Part shown: positions 52,701 through 64,000 of the stretch, piece by piece | Position numbering within the stretch: the first letter of the stretch is position 1 | Layout of the letters: every line of letters starts with the position of its first letter | From: Ostrea edulis | Taxonomy: Eukaryota | Direction of reading: 5' to 3' | Assembly (NCBI RefSeq): GCF_947568905.1 | Contig: NC_079171.1 | Location: 19,592,001 to 19,656,000 of the forward strand | DNA length: 64,000 bases | Position numbers and translations under genes: made by a program | The notes under the pieces: model-generated | The model's database searches: none | The model's input: the letters and a program-made list of their open reading frames with translations, nothing else | Told to the model about the DNA's origin: nothing

Positions 52701-54730
52701 GTGATACAGATCCAAGTGAAACAACCAATCCCCAAGTGTGATACAGATCCAAATGAAACAACCAATCTCCGAGTGTGATACAGATCCAAATGAAACAACC
52801 AATCCCCAAGTGTGATACAGATCCAAATGAAACAACCAATCCCCAAGTGTGATACAGATCCAAATGAAACAACCAATCCCCAAGTGTGATACAGATCCAA
52901 ATGAAACAACCAATCCCCAAGTGTGATATGAACGTACCCACGGATCCAAATGACACAACCAATCCCCGAAGTGTGATACGGATCCAAATGAAACAACCAA
53001 TCCCCAAGTGCGATACAGATTCAAATGAAACAACCAATCCCCAAGTGTGATACAGATCCAAATGAAACAACCAATCCCCAAGTGTGATACAGATTCAAAT
53101 GATACAACCAATCCCCAAGTGTGATACAGATACAAATGAAACAACCAATCCCCAAGTGTGATACAGATCCAAATGAAACAACCAATCCCCAAGTGTGATA
53201 CAGATTCAAATGAAACAACCAATCCCCAAGTGTGATACAGATCCAAATGAAACAACCAATCCCCAAGTGTGATACAGATCCAAATGAAACAACCAATCCC
53301 CAAGTGTGATACAGATCCAAATGAAACAACCAATCCCCAAGTGTGATACAGATCCAAATGAAACAACCAATCCCCAAGTGTGATACGGATCCAAATGAAA
53401 CAACCAATCCCCAAGTGTGATACAGATCCAAGTGAAACAACCAATCCCCAAGTGTGATACAGATTCAAATGAAACAACCAATCCCCGAGTGTGATATGAA
53501 CGTACCCACGGATCCAAATGACACAACCAATCCCCGAAGTGTGATACGGATCCAAATGAAACAACCAATCCCCAAGTGCGATACAGATTCAAATGAAACA
53601 ACCAATCCCCAAGTGTGATACAGATCCAAATGAAACAACCAATCCCCAAGTGTGATACAGATTCAAATGATACAACCAATCCCCAAGTGTGATACAGATA
53701 CAAATGAAACAACCAATCCCCAAGTGTGATACAGATCCAAATGAAACAACCAATCCCCAAGTGTGATACAGATTCAAATGAAACAACCAATCCCCAAGTG
53801 TGATACAGATCCAAATGAAACAACCAATCCCCAAGTGTGATACAGATCCAAATGAAACAACCAATCCCCAAGTGTGATACAGATCCAAATGAAACAACCA
53901 ATCCCCAAGTGTGATACAGATCCAAATGAAACAACCAATCCCCAAGTGTGATACAGATCCAAATGAAACAACCAATCCCCAAGTGTGATACGGATCCAAA
54001 TGAAACAACCAATCCCCAAGTGTGATACAGATCCAAGTGAAACAACCAATCCCCAAGTGTGATACAGATCCAAATGAAACAACCAATCCCCGAGTGTGAT
54101 ACAGATCCAAATGAAACAACCAATCCCCGAGTGTGATACAGATCCAAATGAAACAACCAATCCCCAAGTGTGATACAGATCCAAATGAAACAACCAATCC
54201 CCAAGTGTGATACAGATCCAAATGAAACAACCAATCCCCAAGTGTGATATGAACGTACCCACGGATCCAAATGACACAACCAATCCCCGAAGTGTGATAC
54301 GGATCCAAATGAAACAACCAATCCCCAAGTGCGATACAGATTCAAATGAAACAACCAATCCCCAAGTGTGATACGGATCCAAATGAAACAACCAATCCCC
54401 AAGTGTGATACAGATTCAAATGATACAACCAATCCCCAAGTGTGATACAGATACAAATGAAACAACCAATCCCCAAGTGTGATACAGATCCAAATGAAAC
54501 AACCAATCCCCAAGTGTGATACAGATTCAAATGAAACAACCAATCCCCAAGTGTGATACAGATCCAAATGAAACAACCAATCCCCAAGTGTGATACAGAT
54601 CCAAATGAAACAACCAATCCCCAAGTGTGATACAGATCCAAATGAAACAACCAATCCCCAAGTGTGATACAGATCCAAATGAAACAACCAATCCCCAAGT
54701 GTGATATGAACGTACCCACGGATCCAAACG
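49740..54730. repeat. 37-bp satellite array (~5 kb) with higher-order structure
   Basis: GATCCAAATGAAACAACCAATCCCCAAGTGTGATACA, with a recurrent insertion variant TA(T)GAACGTACCCACGG. Confidence 0.98.
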
Positions 54731-56408
54731 AAACAACAAATATATACAACCATGAAGTGGGTTTTTTTTCCATCGACAAAAGTTTGACTTCATTATGATA
54801 CATGATTCTGCGGCGTTTTATTCTTCACCTCAATGGCGACAGCCACTGATGCAGATGATCATTTTAAGACCTCCCTTTCGCAATTATTACTTGTAAAATA
54901 TAAAATGTAGTGGAAAAAATCTCCACCAACATAATATTCTAATTACGTAGGGATAGTTTTCGTTGGTAAACGTATCTAATCAATTCATCATAGTGCTACA
55001 ACGAAAATATATTGACTTCATGTTTCTTATGCTGTCTGAGGAACGAAGTACGTGTGATATCAAAGCGAATAAGACTAAATAAAGCGATTTATTTCTTTAC
55101 CCAGATTCCCTTCCTCTGAACAAACAAAACATGCAAAATTTATCTTTAATTACTAAAATTAAAACACGGACAAAGGTCACGCTCATTGGTATTGGAGAAA
55201 ATGCTTTTAGTATTAATTTTTTTTTAAAAATTAATATGGGAATACTGCCACGCACACAATGTTACATGCAAAAGTAAAATGGTAGTAATTGACTCTTTTC
55301 AGCTATACCCAAGATAGGCAATTGTAAATATCACACTCTGAGTAATGCGTTGTAGACAGATTGACAGCAATCAGCAATATGCTCTCTTCACAACAAAGGG
55401 AAGCGTAGAATCAGAAAATGGATTGCATAATAAAAGTTTTTGTTTGTTTTAAACATACGGATATCATTCTTTTGTGTTGTTAAATGAACATACAGACTTC
55501 TTAATAACGGACACGGGGGTTAGATTTCTATAACGATAGAACATCATGCACAATATCCACGTTTTGTAAAACATCGTGGAAGTCCGAGATGAGTAACTGC
55601 AAACCGAACGGCTTGGAACCACTTCATTTCTTGGTTCATTAATCCTGCGTGTATCGATGGGCCATTAGGGTGACTTCATGAAAACATCATGTAAGCATTC
55701 AGTAAAAAAAACCAAAAACCTGTAGACACAGCTTTGAGTCAGAGTACGTCAAAATTAGATCTTCGTTTGCAAAATACAGAATACAGTTTAAATACATGGA
55801 ATTTTAAATGTCCATCATTTTTCTCGATTTTAATACATGTATATGATTTTACTGAGATTATGCGGCCAAAAAATGAAGTAGTATTACGTCTTCAGATTTA
55901 AAACTGCGACTAATTTTAAACCCCTTGCTTAAAACTCGCAAGCAATCATTTTTCAAAACTAATTACCGTATCGTATAACTATCCACGAAAGCGTCTACAG
56001 CAAACTGCTTACACTAACGCACAATGTACTCTCTCTTTCTCCATCTCTCAAAATCACAGAAGACATACGAGAAAACAGAAACCACTCTCTAATTATCCAA
56101 TATTCCAAATGTTTCATTTATTGCATATTGAACTATTAGCAACGACATGATCGTGACATTTATAAAAATTCCTAATAATATTTATTGTACAATCCATGTT
56201 TATTATTTATAATTCTGGACATGAAAACAATTTTCTGGTGCTGTCAAATCACGGCACAATAACCTATAAATGTGGCTATTAATTAGACTATAATAATGGA
56301 ACAATCACGTGCTTATACAGTTATCCAGAATGACTTCGGCCGAGGAGGAAATTAAAATTTCTGTCTGCAAACTGCCCCCAAAATATAATAGTGAAGTGTC
56401 TGTCTTAC

Positions 56409-57117
56409 CTCGACATCTGACACTGCCCTCCCTGAGTATGGAGCCCAGGTTGAACTGGTCCATGTAATTGACATCTATCTGGGACGACCACTGGTGGGTG
56501 GACTTGTCTAGTTTGTCATACACAGGCTTACAGAGAAAAAACGTCTCAGCATCCCCCACATTCGTGTTGACTTTGTTATTGTGATAAATAATTCCGATTT
56601 GTTTCCAAGAAAAGTTAGACAGGATGGAATGGACAGCGTCTGCCGTGTTGGAATAGGACCCACTCATCCGGGTCAGTAGTTTGTATTCATCTTTATCCTT
56701 GAAGCCGTCTGCCCGGGCACCGGGCGTAATAACCGGGATTTGCCAGTAAGGAGAATAACGGGCCACGGGGGAGGTAGCATAGGTGCACATTGGACCAAAA
56801 AACACGTGGGACTCCTTCTTATAATACATTTCCATCGCCAACAGGGGTGCTTGGGTGCCCGAACATTTTGAATCCTTATAGTTAATTGTGAAGTTAACAT
56901 CCCTCACTAATCCCTCCAGCCGGACCTTCTCCAGTCCTATCTGTATTGCCGTCAGGGCCCGGGATTTCTCCGGAATGTCTTCCTTGTCGCTGACTGCGGG
57001 GATCAGAACACCCAGCTTAATCTCCAACGGGTCTGTACTGCCCTCTACAAGAGACGGGCAGGCTACCAAGGTAGTGAATGCCAGTACCAAATAGGACATT
57101 AGTATATCCATGTTCAT
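56409..57117 (-). CDS. NPR1: NPR-like receptor, alternative first coding exon A (distal): signal peptide + N-terminal ~236 aa of ANF-receptor ligand-binding domain
   Basis: ORF 56305-57153 encodes KLGVL..TINYKDSKCS..GPMC..PVARYSPYWQIPVITPGA..EYKLLTRM, the ANF-receptor family pattern. The track start at 57153 is TTG; the first ATG is 57117 (alternatives 57111, 57099), followed by a hydrophobic signal peptide. Donor CGA G|GTAAGA at 56409/56408, phase 1. The symbol is family-level (NPR1/NPR2-like). Confidence 0.88.
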
Positions 57118-58509
57118 ATTAGAGTTGCCATCACACACCGATAAATAATTCAACTCCCTAAATACAGAACAATACTGAAGAACACGGTTTTATCCGGCTT
57201 CAGTGATTAAAAACACATCTTTAGTGCTAGAAACACATCCAAATGCACAGAAATTAGCGGGTACTACCTTCCCATCCACACCCAATGCGTTCTCTAGATC
57301 TTTATTGTTCAATCGTATACAAACTATCGAGACACAGTCTGGGGCGACGAGAACTGCACACCGTGTAAGCCACTGATTAAATGCCGGTAGATTTTTCCGG
57401 GTAAATTACGGATCGCTCATTTTTATTTTCTAGATGAACTATTCGTCTGTACAAGCCACTGTGAAAATCTCGGATCAATCGCGGTACTTTCTACAGTATA
57501 TATAAATGATGAATGTTGCCGATCAAATATTCACTACTCGGTAGTGGCGTGGCACAACCGAATGTATTAAAATCAATCTAATTAAAAGAATGTCGCACCA
57601 CACAAGGGCAATTATAATTGTTAGATAATCTGATCGGTACTGACCACGCCTACAACGCCTAATTCTCTAGATGGAATCAGTGTCATTCAGCCATGACAGG
57701 TTCTGGCAGTTTGACCGTCCTGTGTAGTTCATTATGGTGAGTCCATTAGACTGGTACGGTAACTTTTGACTGCTGATGAGCAGTGGGTGCCGAGATACAG
57801 GGACGTTCCAATCAATAGACCACTGGGCAGGTTACGGATACTGCACCTTACTAAAGCTCACAATCCTTACGGCAAATATAACAATAAAAATGGTGTTATG
57901 ATTCCATTAACATCCCTTGTATATCACATAGAGAAGCTGTACGTGTACACTCGTGATAAAAACATATTCGATCCGAGGTATGGCCGGTTATTTAAGTTCA
58001 CCTGTTGCCGAGTTCAGAACTAGGGGTTTTTGTATAGAAAAAGTCTGAACAATGATCTCTGTTGATAGCTCCATCGCACTTGCTTCTCTTCAAGTCTCAG
58101 GAGAGTTTGAATTTCCTTGTCACAGAGTGATATCCTGCAAGCATCTGTGAGATGAGGACAAATATTGGGACTTGCTACTGTAATTGCCAATGGTGACGGA
58201 GACCATTGGTGTGCTGTCTATAGAGACAAGTAAATAGTGCCTGGCTCAACCTTTTGTTCACTGAAGATTAACTTCTTATTGTTGTGACCATCTTATAATC
58301 AACAAAACAGTTTGCAAACCCTTGATTAATTCTTTATACTTTCATACAAACACACAGAATCCAAATATCATCGCCTACGTATTATAGTGATATCACCCTT
58401 TAAAAAAACTCTTCTGCTTCCCATATTTGTCTCTATTTCTGTAGCTTTCCTTCAATTTCAACAACAAAATTTGTAAAAATGTCTCAATATCATACATCAT
58501 ATATCTTAG

Positions 58510-59665
58510 TACCATGTCAGAGTTGTGTACACTATAAATCTGTACAACGTCAGAGTGATCCATACTATAAATCTGTACAATGCCAGGGTTGTGTACACTA
58601 TAAATCTGTACAATATCAGAGTTGTGTACACTGTAAATCTGTACAATGTCAGAGTTGTGTACACTATAAATCTGTACAATGTCAGAGCTGTGTACACTAT
58701 AAATCTGTACAATGTCAGAGTTGTCCACACTATAAATCTGTACAATGTCAGAGCTGTGTACACTATAAATCTGTACAATGTCAGAGTTGTGTACACTATA
58801 AATCTGTACAATGTCAGAGTTGTCCACACTATAAATCTGTACAATGTCAGAGCTGTGTACACTACATATTTGTACAATGTCAGAGATCTGTATACTATAT
58901 CTTAGCACAATGTCAGAGTTCTGTATACACTATAATTGTTTACAGCACAATGTCAGGGTTCTGTATATACTATAATTGTTTACAGTGTTTACAGCACAGT
59001 GTCAGGGTTCTGTACACACTATAATTGTTTACAGCACAATGTCAGGGTTCTGTATACACTATAATTGTTTACAGTGTTTACAGCACAATGTCAGGGTTCT
59101 GTATACACTATAATTGTTTACAGTGTTTACAGTACAGTGTCAGGGTTCTGTATACACTATAATTGTTTACAGTGTTTAAAGCACAATGTCAGGGTTCTGT
59201 ATACACTATAATTGTTTACAGTGTTTACAGTACAGTGTCAGGGTTCTGTATACATTATAATTGTTTACAGTGTTTAAAGCACAATGTCAGGGTTCTGTAT
59301 ACACTATAATTGTTTACAGTACAGTGTCAGGGTTCTGTATACACTATAATTGTTACAGTGTTTACAGTACAGTGTCAGGGTTCTGTATACACTATAATTG
59401 TTTACAGCTCAGTGTCAGGGATCTGTATACACTATAATTGTTTACAGTACAGTGTCAGGGTTCTGTATACACTATAATTGTTTACAGTGTTTACAGCACA
59501 GTGTCAGGGTTCTGTATACACTATAATTATTTACAGTGTTTACAGCTCAATGTCAGAATTCTGTATACACTATAATTGTTTACAGCTCAGTGTCAGGGTT
59601 CTGTATACACTATAATTGTTTACAGTGTTTACAGCACAATGTCAGAGTTCTGTATACACTATAAT
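58510..59665. repeat. Compound minisatellite: 33-bp unit grading into a related 40-50-bp unit
   Basis: GTACAATGTCAGAGTTGTGTACACTATAAATCT up to ~58860, then GTCAGGGTTCTGTATACACTATAATTGTTTACAG(TGTTTACAG)(C/T)ACA. Confidence 0.93.
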
Positions 59666-62600
59666 TATTACATGTCTCGGACTATAAATGAGCACAATGT
59701 CAGAATTCTGCTTTCTATAAGTGTGTATAATGTCAAGAGTTTCACTCCATAGACGACATGTACTTTACATTGTTTAAAATGCTACCATCTTAGTTGGCCC
59801 GATGGAAACTAACGCATTGTTTTATCGAGGGACAATGTTTGACAGCAATCTGTTCGTCCTGCATGTATCTTAGGCGTCATTTCTTGTTAATTTGTCTTGT
59901 TTTGATGTCCCGGCCCATTTTACTAACTAGCTTTGTCAGTTTAATTACACTGGCATTCCACGACAGCGTCACAATCCCTCATTAATGGAAGTTCCTCGAT
60001 CTAGTTCAGATCTAGCTATCCTTAGCATTTTTTGTCCGGAATGTTCAATTTCCATACAGACGATTTTTGTTTATATGGCATTTTGAATCCATTTATGTCT
60101 GGTAGTTCCAAACCAGACAATTTTGTTGTTCTTGCCGGTTAAACACATGCGCTCCTCACGTGGAGATACATATATTTTCGTCTAGGGTTTATTCCCCCAG
60201 TCTGAGTTTGCCTGTGTAAAAAGTTGGACTACATTACGTAAGTAAACATATTTGATGAGAAACCTTAGTGATCACGTTGTAAGGTAGAAATACTGTCCAC
60301 AATAAGCGGAAGATATTGCAGAGAAACTCCGTGGCTAATGCATATGATTTATGATATTTACAATACTAACCCCCCCCCCCCCCAAAAAAACCAAGCTAGC
60401 ACCAAGTCATCTTTTTAAAATGGTGATTTCAAATGAATACAAGATTAACGAGAAGATAAATAGTATATTTCGAAAGATTTTTATGTGTTTAATATTGCGC
60501 ATGAGTGTGCAATTTGGAGAGAAAAATATATTCAAATGTATACAAGATACCAATAGTTTGGTCACTACTAAATCTATGCTGTTTCAATGTCTTTATTTCT
60601 CGATGAAAGCACCGACCTGTCAAAGTATAGCGTTGTTTTTTCGCGGAGTAATATATCTGGCTTATTTTAGCGGTTTGGTACCATGCCCCAAATTGTTAAT
60701 ATCACCCGAATGCGTTTAATCATCATATTTTTCCAAATCTCGTGCCGTCGAAGAGATATTAAAAAACTTCAATACTCATAAGAAGAACTGGTCAAACTTC
60801 AAAGGTATGTGTGTTAGGAATAAATGTTTAGATTGCTTGTATTATAAGGGATGGAAACAGGCGAAGAAAGGGATACTGTGTGCGTAATCGACGATTCTGC
60901 TTCTTACATGCAGTGAGTGCTTACGTTGTTTAATACTTCTATAATGTACACCACTAAACACCTAATCCTTATTTACTGATAACTAGTAATTGTACGTGGA
61001 TTTTTATACGCTTAAAGCTTTCATGTACATGTAATTACTTGTATTACGTGAAAACTTAATTTAATGAAATAGCAAAATAGCGTTAATTAAGGAGAATGCA
61101 AATGGTTGTTATCTGCGTCCAGTCACGAGAATGCAGAATGGCCAGTGTTTAACAAAGCCGTGAAAAAAACATTTGATTTTGCGAGAAAAACTCCTCGGGA
61201 ATGAAGGCGAGTATTAATAACTCGCGATTATAAAGATTTTACAATATCAAACGTTATTGCATAAGCTGTTACAATTCATTGTTGATATTTCGTAAATGAT
61301 GCCTTTGATACGTATGCGCCTGGTCTTAGTGAAGAATACTATCAATATCACCCACTATTGATTGAAATGCCAATTTGTGAGATAAAACATGAATTATTGA
61401 AATATCAATAAACACATTTGAGAAACCGTTAATCAGTTGGGATGATACCCTTTAATCAGCATCTCGTCTTGACTTTCATAGATATTTATCAAAATTGCAT
61501 TTATCTACACATCAAAGTTAACAGTCATCAAAAATTCAGGCAATACGTAATGCTGGCTTGAGAATTATTTCCCCTCGAGAAAGCCCGGCGATGAATGATT
61601 AACAGAAGCTGTTACGCGACTTTTGGACAGCTCAATTCTCACCAAATCGCTATAGAAACCTAGTACCTGTCAAATTATAGAAATGAGCGAGATTTAAAGT
61701 GTGGGCAAAGTAATGGTTGTAAAGTTTGGAACCTTGTCATAAAATTGGACTGGTCATTCAGAATCATTCCTATACACAAAGCGAATAAATATGCTGTGAG
61801 TTTTCACAAATCTTGGTCATTTATTAGCCATAAAGATAATGTTACTCAGCACGAAGTTTCAATCACGGTTAGAGTACCGGCGCGTGATGCGATTAAAAGG
61901 ACCGGCACCGATTGGACATCTCTGGACTAGCGATCGTTTCGTGTATCCTATTATTAATTACCAATATCAAATCCTGTCACGGGTTTAGATGGATTTGGCT
62001 GCCACATTATAAGACTAAAATTACACGATCTGCTCTCCTACACGTCAGTCTGCTTTTATTTCATAAATATATAAAAAAAATCATTGCTATAACTTCACAC
62101 TTAGAGACAGCCCACTTATAGACACCTTACAACACGGCAACTTCCAACAATAACATGTTTAGCTTCTGAAAAACAAGTGCGCGTGTCATCCACTAAAACA
62201 CATACATAGTTTACTAATGATTGCCATTCTACGCATGCCATTGAACAAAGTATTATTTTCAAACAAAAAACTAGATTTAATTACCAAAATTGAAAAGTAA
62301 AATTTAAAAAAAAAAAGCCACCACAACCGAAATCGACATTTTAACTAAATCCAACACATTCAGATTCGGTAACAGATAACGACTCGATAGATATATAGCA
62401 GTAATTTTAGCATACGAAACTACAGCATCTCCCCAGTTTTCAGATAAAACGGTATACAATTTCTTTACTTAATCTAATTAAAAAGCAGTTAGATTTTTAT
62501 TACTGCGTTTGAACTTTAACTGTCTGTAATTCGCGTTTCAATCATTCGATATTCTGCGACAACTAGCCTAGGTTTTAAAACCAATGACTGTGTGGACATT

Positions 62601-62929
62601 ACTGAATGTAAGGTGAACCACTCGCCATGAAATATCTCAAAATAAATGTTTTAAGTTAGAGCAATACTGGCGGGAACATCAAACAAGATTCTCAGTAAAG
62701 GCAGTTTTCCGTCAAGGTGACCATGGACTCGGACATAGAGAGGATCTCCATAATGAGACTATTGCCCCCATCCAATGACTAACCATTTAACATTACTTGT
62801 GTGATTGCTAGACCCTCTCAGGTTTAATGAATGAACGATATCTACTTTAAATTTCTGATGTGTGGTTATATCCTCGTAAACTGTCTGAAATGCTTTGAAC
62901 TGATGTAATAAGTTGACGATGCTGCCGTT

Positions 62930-63125
62930 AGATTGATTGATTGATTGGTGTTTCCGCAACACTCAACAATTTTTCAGTTATTTGGTGGCGCCAAGTTTTT
63001 ATTGGTGGAAGAGAGAACCCAGATACAATGTACCCTCCGAAGTAAACTGGAAAACATTCTCACTTACCGGCGTAAGGGGGATTCGAACCCGCGCCGACCA
63101 GAGACTACCGTTAGAACGAGGGCAG
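62930..63125 (-). mobile_element. tRNA-derived SINE (different family), with (TCAA)n tail
   Basis: Plus strand has a GATTGATTGATTGATTG tail and GGGGATTCGAACCCGCG (reverse-complement B-box). Confidence 0.55.
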
Positions 63126-63681
63126 CTAAATACACATGTATATGCGCGGATCCAGACATTTTCACCTCAGAATTGGGTTCCATACTAGGAACTATCATTT
63201 AGTATTTTACAACTGGAAGTGCATGAAAATATACAAGTTTATATTCATTTTTTACCAACCTTAGGGAATAGTGGTTAGAACCCTTAATGCAACACCTCCT
63301 TCCTGCTATATTCACGCCTGACATAACCTTTACATGTACCAAGGAATTAAGATTTAATTGAAAACGGGGGAAATCTTATATGTAATGAAAATCACAAAAT
63401 AGAATAATGAAAATCGTCAAAAATCTGTATTTAACATCATGGCAAAGATAATTCTGAAAATGGTAATACTTCAAAGTAATCAATGCATATAATTATGCAC
63501 GTTATTCCGGACTACAGAAAATTACATGTTTGTTATAAATTGATATCATCCACGTTTACTGTGCATTCAATAGCAAGCTAAGGACAATAAACATGTCATT
63601 TGTAGTGTAAATACGCTAACAGATTTAGTACTAGCTTTTCTGTACATCTTTTATCATCTTTAGCCTTCTTATAAAACTTTT

Positions 63682-63726
63682 TCGTTTGTACTGAGGAAGG
63701 GACAGGTCGTCCCGAAAGTTTAACGA
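63682..63726 (+). ncRNA. Degenerate hammerhead-ribozyme-like motif
   Basis: CTGAGGA-A-GGGAC-AGGTC-GTCCC-GAAA-GTT. Core and stem II are clean; stems I and III are imperfect. Confidence 0.38.
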
Positions 63727-64000
63727 TGCAATTGTTCGTCTCGTTGGTCATATTAGCGCTTTATATCATTTTTGTGTTTGACTTCCCTCCACGTTATGGA
63801 CCCGACACGTTTAGGTAGCGGGTGTTGTTGAAATCTAGTGCTTTATAGAGTTATAGCCTTCAATGTGTGATGACTGGGAGCCCGTAAAACTCAGTCAAAA
63901 AATGCATGGTAATTCATAAACAAACGAGGAGTGATTAAATTAGAGCTAAATTTGATTTAGAATATTTTTCTTTGATACAAGGTAGATCTTGAACTGTATT

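Noticed and set aside
49625-54803. Many long (up to 573 aa) W/H/C-rich ORFs on the minus strand
   Set aside because: The 37-bp monomer has no stop codon on the minus strand in any frame, so tandem copies yield 37-aa periodic ORFs in all three frames. Most starts are TTG and there is no domain similarity.
26400-56300. Search for a second set of exons 2-8 or a third first exon
   Set aside because: None recognised by eye; the short ORFs here lack ANF-receptor motifs. tBLASTn is needed to be certain.
58190-58235. Peptide TVIANGDGDHWCAVYRDK, faintly like the Polinton/adenain protease GxHW motif
   Set aside because: Too short, bounded by stops, and no other Polinton genes or TIRs seen.
58393-59024. 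Cys-rich 11-aa repeat ORF (YKSVQCQSCVH) resembling a metal-binding protein
   Set aside because: It is the translation of the 33-bp minisatellite; four overlapping ORFs on both strands indicate an artefact.
61912-62121. ORF with a signal-peptide-like N-terminus (DISGLAIVSCILLLITNIKSCHG)
   Set aside because: Starts at TTG with an in-frame TAA just upstream (61894), has no ATG and no recognisable domain.

Overview
AT-rich, intron-dominated animal DNA; the repeat families look like those of a bivalve mollusc such as an oyster (inferred, not proven). The main feature is the 5' half of a natriuretic-peptide-receptor-like (NPR1/NPR2-type) single-pass receptor gene on the minus strand. I reconstructed seven shared exons by hand, all with GT/AG sites and consistent phases: 14979-15090, 12316-12505, 11876-12011, 11434-11525, 10920-11058, 10244-10328 and 778-904. 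They cover the second half of the ectodomain, the TM helix and the juxtamembrane segment; the kinase-homology and cyclase domains would lie beyond the left edge. Two paralogous first coding exons (56409-57117 and 25619-26306, about one-third identical by hand count) each encode a signal peptide plus ~230 aa of ligand-binding domain. Both end in a phase-1 GTAAG donor at the homologous Arg codon and both join the single exon 2 in frame, which suggests one receptor with interchangeable N-terminal ligand-binding modules. Other features: a nested P2X7-C-terminal-like Cys-rich ORF at the left edge, Penelope-like retroelement remnants, two minimal hammerhead-ribozyme-like motifs, tRNA-derived SINEs, a 2-kb TA-flanked TIR element with unusual subterminal arrays, about 25 unrelated minisatellites, and a 5-kb 37-bp satellite with 1704-bp higher-order structure. 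Most ORFs in the supplied track are repeat artefacts.
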